A DNA stretch of 64,000 bases from Clostridia bacterium (GCA_040776905.1 JAXGZQ010000001.1:1372400-1436399); one strand, 5' to 3'. Positions 9,346 through 19,430 are shown, counted from the stretch's first letter. Numbers and translations: made by a program. The notes: generated by a model from the letters alone, not told the origin.

Positions 9346-11433
9346 TCAGATTGGCAGACCGACAGCATCCCTGCGGATAAAGAGAGGAATAACGTCGAGC
9401 GGAGCGTGAGCGGTTACCCACTGTCCGCCATCATGCAATTGACCGGTCGAGGATTCGCGCCAGGTCTCGCCGGCCGGCAGATAAACCGACCGTGTGGCCA
9501 CACCGGCTTCATAGACCGGGGCGACCAGTATATCCGGCCCGAACATATAGGTCTCATCAATATCCCAGGCCGCCGGATCATCCGGGAATTCATAGAACAG
9601 CGGCCGCATGACCGGCGTTCCCTTTTCATGCGCGGCCTTCATCAGATCGTGAATGTACGGTTTGAGCGACTCACGCAGAAACAGAAATTTCTTGAGGATT
9701 TCGTAATTGTCATCACCGAACGACCAGACTTCGTTTTCCGCGCCTGTTCCGAACTGTTCCACTCCGTTGCGGTAGAGCGGCTCGGGATCTTTGTACGGCA
9801 GGCGGTCGCCGTGCAGCCGCATGACCGGTTGGAAACAGCCCCAGGCGAACCAGCGGACCAGCAGTTCACGGAAGTCATCATGGGCAGGGAAGCCAGCCAG
9901 AAAACCGCCGATATCGGTGGTCCACCAGGGCAGGCCGGCCATGCCGGCATTAATGCCGGCTGTGATCTGCTGGCGCATCGATTTGAAGGATGAGTGGATA
10001 TCGCCGCTCCAGACCAGGGCACCGTAACGCTGGCTGCCGGCCCAGCCGCAGCGGATCAGGCACATGATATCCTGTTCCCCCTCAGCTGCCAGGCCGTCGT
10101 AGAAGGCCTTGGCGAAATAGAGGGGATAACTGTTGCTGTTCTGCAGCGCCGGACCCATGTGATAATGCAGGTTGTCGATATGCTGGTTGTTGTAGATCGG
10201 TTCCGCGCTGTCGAGCCAGAACAGCTTGATGCCCTTGTCATAGTAGTTTTTCTTGCAGATCCGCCAGATGAAATCACGGGCACCCGGGTTCAGCGCGTCC
10301 CAGAGGGTCACATCCCCCATGAACAGGCTGGTCAGTAGGCCACCGCGGTCATTGCGGATCAGATAGCCGTTCTCGGCCAGTTCAGGGAAATTCTTGCTGC
10401 GGACATCCACCGTCGGCCAGACGGAGACTACCAGATTGACACCGGCCGCGTTCAGTTCCTCGACCATGGCCTCCGGATCCGGCCAGTCGATCGAATCGAA
10501 CTCCCAGTCACCCTGCATGGTCCAGTGGAAAAAGTCGATGACAATCGCATCGAGCGGCAGGCCGCGCCGTTTGTGTTCCCGCACGACACCGAGCAGCTCA
10601 TCCTGTGTCCGGTAGCGCAGCTTGCACTGCCAGAAGCCCATCAGGTCATCCCGCATCATCGGGACGGTGCCGGTCACCCCGGCATAGGCTTCTTCAATCT
10701 CAGCCGGTGTATCGCCGGCGCAGATCCAGTAGTCGATCTGGCGGGTGGAGCGGGCGGTCCAGCGGGTGACATTGCGGGCGAAGGTCACATCGCCGACAGC
10801 GGGGTTATTCCAGAGAAAACCGTAGCCGTGGCTGGAAACCAGAAATGGTGAGGAGATCTGGCTGTTTCGCTGCGCCAATTCCAGTTTCGCGCCTTTGAGG
10901 TTCAGCCGGTCCTCCTGATACTGGCCCATGCCGTAGAGTTTTTCGTTGTCATAGGCTTCAAACGACATGATCAGACGGTAGTCGTCCGTACCGGAATGCG
11001 GCAGAAGATGGCGCGCTTTCATCGCCAGCGGCACACTGTATTCGGACAGATCGCTGCGGTTGCGTACATATTCACGCAGCAGCTCCTCGCCGCGCTGATT
11101 GCGAAAGGAGATGTAGCCATGGCGGTCGACAAACGCCGTCAGCCGGCCGTTGGTAATCGCCGCGGCGTTTTCTTCCTCGACCAGCGGCGCGTCCTCGCCC
11201 GGATTGCCGGCGGATGCCAGTTGTTTCTTATTGGACGGTTTCGTCTTGACCCGGCGAACCTCCGCCTGTGCGTCGGTTGGCTGCGGCAGCAGGGCCCAGT
11301 CCTGATCGGTATCCAGATTCGCGTTGCGGGTAACCCGGACACGAAGTCCGTCCTTACCCCAGGGCTGAATCAGTATCTGTTCATCACCCTGGCGGCGCAG
11401 CAGCTGCTGATTGCTGATATCATAAATTGCCAT
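9346..11433 (-). CDS. glycoside hydrolase family 31 protein (alpha-glycosidase, specificity unresolved)
   Basis: GH31-like motifs IVIDFFHW, KLFWLDSAEP and WSGD. RBS aaggagg. Confidence 0.85.
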   Translation of the reverse strand: MAIYDISNQQLLRRQGDEQILIQPWGKDGLRVRVTRNANLDTDQDWALLPQPTDAQAEVRRVKTKPSNKKQLASAGNPGEDAPLVEEENAAAITNGRLTAFVDRHGYISFRNQRGEELLREYVRNRSDLSEYSVPLAMKARHLLPHSGTDDYRLIMSFEAYDNEKLYGMGQYQEDRLNLKGAKLELAQRNSQISSPFLVSSHGYGFLWNNPAVGDVTFARNVTRWTARSTRQIDYWICAGDTPAEIEEAYAGVTGTVPMMRDDLMGFWQCKLRYRTQDELLGVVREHKRRGLPLDAIVIDFFHWTMQGDWEFDSIDWPDPEAMVEELNAAGVNLVVSVWPTVDVRSKNFPELAENGYLIRNDRGGLLTSLFMGDVTLWDALNPGARDFIWRICKKNYYDKGIKLFWLDSAEPIYNNQHIDNLHYHMGPALQNSNSYPLYFAKAFYDGLAAEGEQDIMCLIRCGWAGSQRYGALVWSGDIHSSFKSMRQQITAGINAGMAGLPWWTTDIGGFLAGFPAHDDFRELLVRWFAWGCFQPVMRLHGDRLPYKDPEPLYRNGVEQFGTGAENEVWSFGDDNYEILKKFLFLRESLKPYIHDLMKAAHEKGTPVMRPLFYEFPDDPAAWDIDETYMFGPDILVAPVYEAGVATRSVYLPAGETWRESSTGQLHDGGQWVTAHAPLDVIPLFIRRDAVGLPI

Positions 11434-11449
11434 GATGCAATTGCCTCCT

Positions 11450-13543
11450 TTATAACGGCAGTTCGGCGCCTTCGCGGACGAACAGGGGAATCGTTTCGAT
11501 CGGGGTAGCGGCGATCACCGTCTGGCCGCCGCTGATGACCTTGCCGGTTGCGACCTCGCGCCAGCGGCAGCCTGCCGGCAGAACAACCGGACGGCTTGTC
11601 TGACCGGCTTCGAACACCGGTGCGACGAGCAGGTCAGGACCGAACATATATTGATCTTCAGCCTCCCAGCAGGCGGGATCGTCCGGGAACTGATAGAACA
11701 TCGTCCGCATCGCCGGGCTGCCATTTTCATGGGCTTCCTGCATGATCTGGTGGATATACGGTTTGAGGGCTTCCCTGATCTGCAGATAGTGCTTGAGGAT
11801 CTCATAGTTGTCATCGCCGAATGACCAGACCTCATTGTCCGCGCCGCTGCCGAAGCGTTTGATCTGGCCATAGTATTCAACCGGTGGATCCTGATAGGGC
11901 AGGCGGTCGCCATGCAGACGCATGACCGGCAGGAACGTGCCCCACTGGAACCAGCGGACGAGCAGTTCGCGGAAATCATCATGCGCGGTAAAACCGCCGA
12001 GAAATCCGCCGATGTCGCAGGTCCACCAGGGAATACCGGCCATACCGGCATTCAGGCCGGCCGGCAACTGCTTGCGCATCGCGGTAAAGGTCGATTCCAC
12101 ATCGCCGCTCCAGAGCAGCGCGCCATAGCGCTGGCTGCCGGCCCAGGCACAGCGGATCAGGTGCATGATGTTCTCATCGCCCTCCCGTTCCATGCCTTCA
12201 TAGAATCCCTGCAGATAGCATTTGGGATACTCGTTCGCGCACATCAATGCCGGACCATGGTAGTAGCGCAGGTTGTCCGCCTCATAAATATCGAGTTCGG
12301 GTTCAGCCTCATCCAGCCAGAACAGCTTGATGCCCTTATCGTAGTAATTTTTCTTCGCCTGCTGCCAGACATACTCGCGCGCGCCGGGATTGATCGCGTC
12401 ATAATAGGTGGTCGGTCCCATCCAGGTACCGAGAACTTCCATACCGCGGTCGCGATGGAGCAGATAGCCGCGCTCTTTCATGTTCCGATAATTTTCCGTC
12501 CGGTTATCAACGGTTGGCCAGATCGAGACCATCACTTTAACCCCGAGCGACTCGATTTCCGCGACCATCGCGTCCGGATCAGGGAAGTCGCGTGGATCAA
12601 ACTGCCAGTCGCCCTGGGCGGTCCAGTGGAAAAAGTCAATGACAATCACGTCCATCGGCAGGCCGCGGCGTTTATGTTCACGGACCACCTGGAGCACTTC
12701 CTCCTGTGTCTGGTAGCGCAGCTTGCACTGCCAGAAGCCCATCAGGTCATCCCGCATCATCGGGGTCCGTCCGGTGACCGCGGTATAACGTTCCATGATA
12801 TCCGCCGGACGGTCGCCGGCGCAGATCCAGTAGTCAATCTGGGTGGTCCGTTCAGCTGTCCACTCCGTCACATTCTCACCGAGTGTCACCTGGCCGATCG
12901 CCGGATTGTTCCAGAGAAAGCCATAACCGCGTGATGAAACCATGAAGGGAATCGATGCCTGCGAGTTACGGTGGGCAAGCTCCAGTGAGCAGCCCTTCAG
13001 GTTGAGAAAATCTTCCTGGTACTGACCCAGGCCATACAGCCGCTCGTTCTCATAAGCCTCAAACGACATGACGGCCTGATAGTCGGCCCCGGGGACCGGC
13101 AGCATGCTGCGCGCCTGCAGACCCAGTGGAACACAGAATTCCGAGAGGTCATTGCGATTGCGCACATATTCCCGCGTCAACACCTCACCATGCTGATTAT
13201 AAAACGAAAGATAGCCGTGCCGGTCGATTTCAGCCGTGATCTGACCATTGCTGATCCGCATCGCGTTGGGCTTTTTTTGCGGCTTTTCCGCGACATGGTA
13301 TTCTCCCTGACCCAGCCGGGCGGCATCCTGCGCGAAATTATCCGGAGCGGTTTCGAAAATTTCCGTCTGAACACCCGTTGAAACGGCGGGCTGCGGCAGC
13401 AAGGCCCAATCACGGTCGCGGTCAAAGTCCGCCCGATGGGTCACCCGGACACGAAGTCCGTCACGGCCCCAGGGTTCAATCAGGATTTTCTCCGTATCCC
13501 GCTGCCAGAAGAGGCGGTGGTTCGCAATGTCCATATAAGCCAT
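11450..13543 (-). CDS. glycoside hydrolase family 31 protein, tandem paralog
   Basis: Same motifs (IVIDFFHW, KLFWLDEAEP, WSGD). Long blocks are identical to the downstream copy. Confidence 0.85.
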   Translation of the reverse strand: MAYMDIANHRLFWQRDTEKILIEPWGRDGLRVRVTHRADFDRDRDWALLPQPAVSTGVQTEIFETAPDNFAQDAARLGQGEYHVAEKPQKKPNAMRISNGQITAEIDRHGYLSFYNQHGEVLTREYVRNRNDLSEFCVPLGLQARSMLPVPGADYQAVMSFEAYENERLYGLGQYQEDFLNLKGCSLELAHRNSQASIPFMVSSRGYGFLWNNPAIGQVTLGENVTEWTAERTTQIDYWICAGDRPADIMERYTAVTGRTPMMRDDLMGFWQCKLRYQTQEEVLQVVREHKRRGLPMDVIVIDFFHWTAQGDWQFDPRDFPDPDAMVAEIESLGVKVMVSIWPTVDNRTENYRNMKERGYLLHRDRGMEVLGTWMGPTTYYDAINPGAREYVWQQAKKNYYDKGIKLFWLDEAEPELDIYEADNLRYYHGPALMCANEYPKCYLQGFYEGMEREGDENIMHLIRCAWAGSQRYGALLWSGDVESTFTAMRKQLPAGLNAGMAGIPWWTCDIGGFLGGFTAHDDFRELLVRWFQWGTFLPVMRLHGDRLPYQDPPVEYYGQIKRFGSGADNEVWSFGDDNYEILKHYLQIREALKPYIHQIMQEAHENGSPAMRTMFYQFPDDPACWEAEDQYMFGPDLLVAPVFEAGQTSRPVVLPAGCRWREVATGKVISGGQTVIAATPIETIPLFVREGAELPL

Positions 13544-13801
13544 AATGCATGCTTCCTTTCTGTTTGTCGGCCATACCTTTTCATGTTAGGTGAAGGCCTG
13601 AAACGCGTCAAGGCACGATTCGTGATTATTGATAAAAGACTGTTGATCAGCCACACATTTGGACACGGATGGGGAACTGTAATCATGACAATGATGCCGC
13701 TCGTCTGGACGATCCGGGCGGACTGGGTGATAATAGAAGATGTCATGGTTCGAGCGAATCGTACCATAAAGCCAGAGCATCATACACAGGGAGGAAACAA
13801 C

Positions 13802-14767
13802 ATGAAATCAGTCCAGCTGGGCAAGACCAATATCCAACTTTCCGAAATTATCATGGGCTGCTGGGTCACCGGCGGCGCGTACTGGGGAGGTGCCGACGAT
13901 CAGGAATCCATCAACGCGATTCATCAGGCGCTCGACCTCGGTGTCCATTCGTTTGATACCGCCTATATTTACGGCAATGGGCATTCGGAGAACGTACTCG
14001 GACAGGCCGTTGCCGGAAAACGAGACCAGGTACAGCTCATCTCCAAGCTCTGGAAAGACTCCATGAGCAAGGATAAAGTCCGTCCGGCCTGTGAAGACAG
14101 CCTGAGACGATTGAAGACCGATTATCTCGATGTCTATTTTATTCACTATCCTTCAGATGACGGTATTCCGGTTGAAGAGACCCTCGGTGAGATGAACCGG
14201 TTGAAGGAAGAAGGCAAAATCCGGGCGATCGGATTATCCAATTTCAGTCTCGCCCAGATGAAGGAAGCCATGCAATTCGCGCAGATCGACATCATTCAGC
14301 CGTGTTATAGCCTGGTCTGGCGCTTTATTGACGCCGACGTCCTGCCATTCTGCCGTGAACATGATATCGGTGTGATTCCCTACAGCCCGATCGCCCAGGG
14401 GCTGCTGACCGGGAAATTTACCCGCGATACGGTGTTCGCCGATAATGACGGACGCAGCCGCGCTCCGATCTTCCAGTCCCCCTGGCGCGAAGGCGCTCTG
14501 GAGATTGTCGATGTCATGCGTCCGATCGCGGAAAAATACCAGAAGACCCTGGCCCAGCTGGCGATCAACTGGGTTAATCAGGTGCCGGGAATCACAGCGG
14601 CGATTGTCGGCGGCCGAACCGCCGCCCAGCTGCGTGACAACGCCGGCGCTTGCGGCTGGCAGCTCGATGAGCAGGACTGGCAGACCCTGGATAAGGCCAG
14701 CGCTGCGTTCTGCGCGACGCTGCCGACATTCCGCAACTTCTTTGACGCGACCGTCATTGACGAATAA
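13802..14767 (+). CDS. aldo/keto reductase
   Basis: MKSVQLGKTNIQLSEIIMGCW, FDTAYIYGNGHSE, GLSNFS. Start reset to ATG 13802 (RBS gggagg). The listed 13436 start is antisense to GH31. Confidence 0.85.
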   Translation: MKSVQLGKTNIQLSEIIMGCWVTGGAYWGGADDQESINAIHQALDLGVHSFDTAYIYGNGHSENVLGQAVAGKRDQVQLISKLWKDSMSKDKVRPACEDSLRRLKTDYLDVYFIHYPSDDGIPVEETLGEMNRLKEEGKIRAIGLSNFSLAQMKEAMQFAQIDIIQPCYSLVWRFIDADVLPFCREHDIGVIPYSPIAQGLLTGKFTRDTVFADNDGRSRAPIFQSPWREGALEIVDVMRPIAEKYQKTLAQLAINWVNQVPGITAAIVGGRTAAQLRDNAGACGWQLDEQDWQTLDKASAAFCATLPTFRNFFDATVIDE

Positions 14768-14794
14768 GAAAATCAGCCTGAGGAGGAAAACGCA

Positions 14795-15301
14795 ATGAAA
14801 CAAATTCATGTTCAGCCACTGAGCGCAGAGGCTTTCCGTCGTTACGGGGTGTTCCAGAACCTGCTGGACGACGCGTCGCTGGCCGCGACATCCATTTTCG
14901 ATGCCGGCTTCTTCGCGGATGTCCTGGCACTCGATTTCGGCCCCGGCAATCTGCCGACTGTCTCGGTCTGCCCGGTTCATCCGCAGGAAAAGAAGATCAT
15001 CCGTTTCCTCGAAGCGCATGGTACGACCAGTGAAGGCCTCCTGCCGATTGATCAGGATGTCGTCATTTATGTCGGCGTGCCGGGGAAGGGCCCTGAGCGC
15101 CTGACCACTGATACCCTTGAGGCCTTCTATGTACCCCGCGGCACCTTCGTCAAGTTAAACCCCCTGATCACCCACGGACCACAGTACAGCGTATGCGACG
15201 CGGAAGCGCATGTCCTCTGTCTGCTGCCGGGCCGTACCTTTCACAACGACATGATCATGAAGCGGCTGGATCAAGCGGACTGGGTTGAGATTGTCGATTG
15301 A
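14795..15301 (+). CDS. ureidoglycolate-lyase-like cupin protein
   Basis: 168 aa. The pattern PLSAEAFRRYG ... LEAHGTTSEGLLPI ... FYVPRGTFVKLNP..THG resembles the ureidoglycolate lyase fold. Function in a sugar locus is unclear. Confidence 0.5.
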   Translation: MKQIHVQPLSAEAFRRYGVFQNLLDDASLAATSIFDAGFFADVLALDFGPGNLPTVSVCPVHPQEKKIIRFLEAHGTTSEGLLPIDQDVVIYVGVPGKGPERLTTDTLEAFYVPRGTFVKLNPLITHGPQYSVCDAEAHVLCLLPGRTFHNDMIMKRLDQADWVEIVD

Positions 15302-15333
15302 ACCCTGGCGGCTGATTGACCTGTAAATGCAAG

Positions 15334-15363
15334 AGATGGCGGCCATGGCCGCCATCTTTTTTC
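15334..15363 (+). terminator. rho-independent terminator
   Basis: Perfect palindrome AGATGGCGGCCATGGCCGCCATCT followed by a T-run. Confidence 0.85.
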
Positions 15364-15365
15364 GT

Positions 15366-15397
15366 ATAAAAAAGCATCCCCGCGGACGGGGATGCTT
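15366..15397 (-). terminator. rho-independent terminator of the ABC operon
   Basis: AAGCATCCCCG / CGGGGATGCTT stem. On the minus strand it is followed by TTTTTTAT. Confidence 0.85.
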
Positions 15398-15437
15398 CTT
15401 TGAATCAACAATTCCAGATCAGACGTTTCGGTCAGCC

Positions 15438-17015
15438 TTAGTTGCCGGCTTTCCATGCGTCCCACTGTGCTTTGACTTCGGCCATAACGGTTTCAACACC
15501 GGCGGCTTTCAGTTCAGCGAGGAATGTGTCATAATTTTCGGTCACGTTGACGCCGCAGCGCATTGACAGGCTGTAGGTGTCGGTGACGTTCTTGATCGCG
15601 GCATATTCGTTTTCAACAGCGGTCTGCTGGAAACGGAAACCGAGTGAATCATGGTTCCAGGCTTCAGCGGTCAGAGCGGCCATCTGCTCATATTTGAGCG
15701 GATCTTCGTTCGCGCTGATCAGCTGTTTGAACTGGTTGCCGAGGGTCCACATACCACCGTGTGAATCAGACCAGCCATTGTTCGGCTCAGGCAGAACATA
15801 ACCGTCGTCATTCAGGGTGTAATGGGTGCCTTCAACGCCCCAGGCCATGGTGTTCAGGAGCTCTTCGTTCTGATGCATTTCATTGATGTACATCATCGCG
15901 CGGGCAGGATCCTGAGAGGTGATCGGGATACCGAGCATGGAACCACCGGCATGGGTCGTCACGTTGACGGACGCCGAGGTCTGCACTTCATACAGTTTCA
16001 GATCCGGGTTGCCGGACTGAGCCATCAGCTCATTCGCTTTAACCTGGCCGCCCTTGAGGACGAAGTCGGTTGAAACGAGGAAGTCACCCGCATTGAGCAC
16101 GTCGATGTTGGAGAAGGTGCTCAGGTAGTTGTCAGGATCGGTGTAACCGGCCTCATACCATTTCTCCATGGTCAAGCAGCGTTCACGGGTTGATTCGTCT
16201 TCCCAGTAGTAGACAGGCTCCTGTGATTCGCCTGGTTCGCCGATGTACATCGAGATGGGTTCCATGTTGTTCAGGAAGCCCTGGATGAACTTGTCATAGA
16301 AGCTCCAGCCACCGGCACTGAGCAGCGGACGGACATCCGGCTCTGCCGCGGCGAAATCAGCCAGGATCGGCTCGAGGTCTTCAGGGGTCATGACGGCATC
16401 GGCATCGATGTCGTATTTTTCAACGTAGGTCTGATTCCAGATCAGGCCGCCAGGTACGCACAGTTCCTTGTTGGTCGGAACGGTGTAGAGATGGCCATTG
16501 ACGATGTTGGCAGGAATGAAAGCGCCGAGATCTTCAACCGTCTGCGGAGCATAGGTGTTGATCAGATCGCCATATTCGCTGTCCGGATCGTCCAGAGGCA
16601 GCAGCAGGTTCTTGTTGATGTTGGACATGAAGTGCATCCACTCAGGGGTCCAGAACACGTCGATTTTTTCACCAGCCTGCAGCGGAACCAGGGCTTTTTC
16701 TTCCCAGTCACCACCGGTGATCATGATGAAGTCAACCGTCGCGTTGAACTTGGGTGTGATGATCGCGTTGAGAGCTTCCTCAACAACGGCATCCTGATTC
16801 GAAGGCTGTGTGGAATACATGTAGTATGTAATCTCATACGCTTCGAGTTCGCCAGCCGGCTCAGTGGTGTCTTCGCCGCCGGGCTCTGTGGTGTCTTCGC
16901 CGCCTTCGGTTGTTGTATCGGGAGCCTTTGTGGTGGTGGTTGTGTCTTCACCACAGGCTGCCAACACAAAAACCATTGACAAAACGAGTAACAGTGACAA
17001 CAGTTTCTTTGACAT
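15438..17015 (-). CDS. ABC transporter substrate-binding lipoprotein (large LplA/LipO-like family)
   Basis: Signal peptide with lipobox VLAAC and a Thr/Glu-rich linker. Start reset to ATG 17015 after AGGAGG. About 525 aa, as in LplA-type binding proteins. Confidence 0.85.
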   Translation of the reverse strand: MSKKLLSLLLVLSMVFVLAACGEDTTTTTKAPDTTTEGGEDTTEPGGEDTTEPAGELEAYEITYYMYSTQPSNQDAVVEEALNAIITPKFNATVDFIMITGGDWEEKALVPLQAGEKIDVFWTPEWMHFMSNINKNLLLPLDDPDSEYGDLINTYAPQTVEDLGAFIPANIVNGHLYTVPTNKELCVPGGLIWNQTYVEKYDIDADAVMTPEDLEPILADFAAAEPDVRPLLSAGGWSFYDKFIQGFLNNMEPISMYIGEPGESQEPVYYWEDESTRERCLTMEKWYEAGYTDPDNYLSTFSNIDVLNAGDFLVSTDFVLKGGQVKANELMAQSGNPDLKLYEVQTSASVNVTTHAGGSMLGIPITSQDPARAMMYINEMHQNEELLNTMAWGVEGTHYTLNDDGYVLPEPNNGWSDSHGGMWTLGNQFKQLISANEDPLKYEQMAALTAEAWNHDSLGFRFQQTAVENEYAAIKNVTDTYSLSMRCGVNVTENYDTFLAELKAAGVETVMAEVKAQWDAWKAGN

Positions 17016-17070
17016 TGTGTTTTTCCTCCTCTTTATTTTCATCAAGGGGTGCTTCCCCTGGATTTCGAAA

Positions 17071-18030
17071 TTAACCCTTAACCGCGCCGATCGTCAGACC
17101 TTTGACGAAATACTTCTGGAAGAAGGGGTAGGCCAGGACAATCGGGCCCATGGTGACAACGGCCATGGCCATGCGGAAGGTTTCAGCCGGCATTTCGGAA
17201 AGGCCGAGTCCGCCGATGACGGAACCGGAACCGGAGGCTGCCGAGGCCATTTCCTTAAGATATTGGATCGAACGCAGAATACGGTAGATCATATACTGCA
17301 GGTTGATGTACTGGTCCTTGTTGACAAGCAGCAGGCACAGGAAGAAGTTGTTCCAGATACCGACCGCGGCAAACAGGGCAACCGTCGCGAATCCGGGCAA
17401 AGCCAGCGGGGCGACAATCTGGAGCAGTGTACGCCACTCGCCCGCACCGTCGATACGCGCTGATTCAATGACCGCGTCCGGGACATTGGATTTATAGAAG
17501 GTCCGCATGATGATGACCCAGTACGCTGAGAATGACAGCGGCAGGAACAAAGCGAACAGTGTGTTGTTGATATGAAGGATCGATGTGGCCAGAAGATAGA
17601 ACGGAATGGTTCCGGCGTTGAACAGCATCGTGAAAAACGAGAAGAACGTGAAGAAATTACCGAACCGGAAGTCTGACCGTGAAATAGGATAGGCATACAG
17701 ACCGACGGAGATAACGCAGAGAACGGTTCCGAAAATGGTGGCCAGAATCGTATTGCGGTAAGCGGTAACGACCATGCCGCCGCCGGAACTGATCAGGAAG
17801 CGATAGGCCAGAACCGAAAAGTCTGACGGCAACAGCTGATAACCATTTTGGAGCAGTGACTGCTCAGTGGTCAGCGAGGCGGAGACAACAATCAGAAGCG
17901 GCAGCAGGACCGCTGCGGATCCCAGCAGAAAGGCGATGTGCCAGACGAGATTGGCAATCGGCGACAACTGATTGACCTCACGCATTTTTCTCTTTTTCAC
18001 AACGTTTGAGGTGGCAGGTATAGCACTCAT
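17071..18030 (-). CDS. carbohydrate ABC transporter permease (LplC-like)
   Basis: Six TM segments. EAA-like loop SARIDGAGEWRTLLQIVAPLALPG. Confidence 0.85.
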   Translation of the reverse strand: MSAIPATSNVVKKRKMREVNQLSPIANLVWHIAFLLGSAAVLLPLLIVVSASLTTEQSLLQNGYQLLPSDFSVLAYRFLISSGGGMVVTAYRNTILATIFGTVLCVISVGLYAYPISRSDFRFGNFFTFFSFFTMLFNAGTIPFYLLATSILHINNTLFALFLPLSFSAYWVIIMRTFYKSNVPDAVIESARIDGAGEWRTLLQIVAPLALPGFATVALFAAVGIWNNFFLCLLLVNKDQYINLQYMIYRILRSIQYLKEMASAASGSGSVIGGLGLSEMPAETFRMAMAVVTMGPIVLAYPFFQKYFVKGLTIGAVKG

Positions 18031-18059
18031 ATCAATGATTCCTCCGTTTCAAGTCTGAC

Positions 18060-19070
18060 TTAGAACATGGCCATTTCAGGACGGGTCCGCCGGACAACCC
18101 AGTTCGTCAGCAAGACCAGCGAGAAGCCGATAAATGACTGGAACAGGCCGGCCGCCGCGGGCAGTCCGAGACGGGCACCGGATGTCAGCGCGTTGTAGAC
18201 GTAGACATCAATCACCAGCGTCGCGGAACGGACCGTACCGGAACCATTGGGCAGTGAGTAGAACATGTCAAAGTCGCCATTGAGGATTCGGCCGATCGCC
18301 AGAATCTGCAGGAGAACGATAACCGGAATCAGTTGAGGCAGTGTGATGTACAGGAATTGTTTGAATTTGCCGGCACCGTCGATGGCGGCCGCTTCAAAGA
18401 GTTCCTGGTCAAAACCGCTCAGGGTGGCCAGGTAAATGATCGATCCATTGCCGGCATAACGCCATATATTGGCGATCAGGAAGATAAAGGGCCAGGCCAT
18501 GGTGGTGGTATAAAGGTTCGGCATCTTCTCGCGGCCGAGGTCCAGCATCAGGTTGTTGAGCAGGCCGTTTGAAGCGATCAGGCCGTACAGGACATAGGTG
18601 ATGACAATCCAGGAAAGAAAATAGGGAAGGAAGAAGATCGTGTGGTACAGTTTCGCGGCGAAACGCTGGCGCAGTTCATTGATGCCGACCGCGATGCCGA
18701 CGGCGAAGAACAGGCCGACCACCATGAACATCAGGTTATAGCCGATGGTGTTTCTCAGGAAAATGCCGACATCCTTCGAAGTAAAGAGGAATTTGAAATT
18801 ATCAAATCCGACCCAGGGGTTCTTAACGAAGAGGGAATAGATAAAAGGATTCTGGATCCAGTAATCCTTTGGCGGCATCTGCAGCTGGTACTGTTTGAAC
18901 GCGAGGATGATCGCCGGCATGGGCAGGTAGCTGAAAATCAGCAGGAACAAGGTTCCCGGAGCCAACATGGAAAGAAATGAAATATGACGCTTGATCTGGC
19001 CATTGCCCCACTTGGATTTGGGTTTTTTCATTTGTTCAATCGTCTGCGATGAAACAGCATTTGCCGGCAT
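18060..19070 (-). CDS. carbohydrate ABC transporter permease (LplB-like)
   Basis: EAA loop AAAIDGAGKFKQFLYITLPQL. The listed start 19088 is a TTG that lies within the AGGAGG RBS, so ATG 19070 is taken. Confidence 0.85.
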   Translation of the reverse strand: MPANAVSSQTIEQMKKPKSKWGNGQIKRHISFLSMLAPGTLFLLIFSYLPMPAIILAFKQYQLQMPPKDYWIQNPFIYSLFVKNPWVGFDNFKFLFTSKDVGIFLRNTIGYNLMFMVVGLFFAVGIAVGINELRQRFAAKLYHTIFFLPYFLSWIVITYVLYGLIASNGLLNNLMLDLGREKMPNLYTTTMAWPFIFLIANIWRYAGNGSIIYLATLSGFDQELFEAAAIDGAGKFKQFLYITLPQLIPVIVLLQILAIGRILNGDFDMFYSLPNGSGTVRSATLVIDVYVYNALTSGARLGLPAAAGLFQSFIGFSLVLLTNWVVRRTRPEMAMF

Positions 19071-19152
19071 AGGACTGCCCCTCCTCAAATAATCTCCAAA
19101 ATTTTAACAAACTGTGAATGAAAAAATAACACATTATTCGCGTTTATGCAAA

Positions 19153-19287
19153 TAGCATAGAAATGCTAGAGCAATGTAAGATAATTTATCGACTATGTGG
19201 ATTGTAGCACAGAAAAAACGCGTATGCAATAGAGAAAAACTGTGGACATTGTGCAGTCGCAACAATTGATCTGTGGAATATGTCAAC
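19153..19287. promoter_or_regulatory. candidate operator sites upstream of the ABC operon
   Basis: Palindrome TAGCAT-AGAA-ATGCTA (19153-19168). Three direct repeats of CTGTGGA-like half sites (19193-19210, 19239-19256, 19270-19287). All lie inside a 408-bp AT-rich gap. Confidence 0.35.
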
Positions 19288-19430
19288 GATCAAGCTGGCA
19301 GATCGCATTTAAAAGCCCTAAAAAGACTGAAAACAGACGATTACAAGCGTTAGGCGGGCTGAAGCGGCACATGACATAATGCACAAAAATAATAAAATAA
19401 ACAGTTTATACCGCATAGAGAAAGCAATGA

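Noticed and set aside
9346-13543. GH31 pair as sulfoquinovosidases, making the island a sulfoglycolysis locus together with the PfkB kinase and aldolase.
   Set aside because: The segment IDFFHWT(M/A)QGDW(E/Q)FD lacks the Arg/Trp sulfonate-recognition pattern I recall for YihQ-type enzymes and looks more like the YicI-type region. No sulfolactaldehyde-handling or sulfonate-exporter genes are evident.
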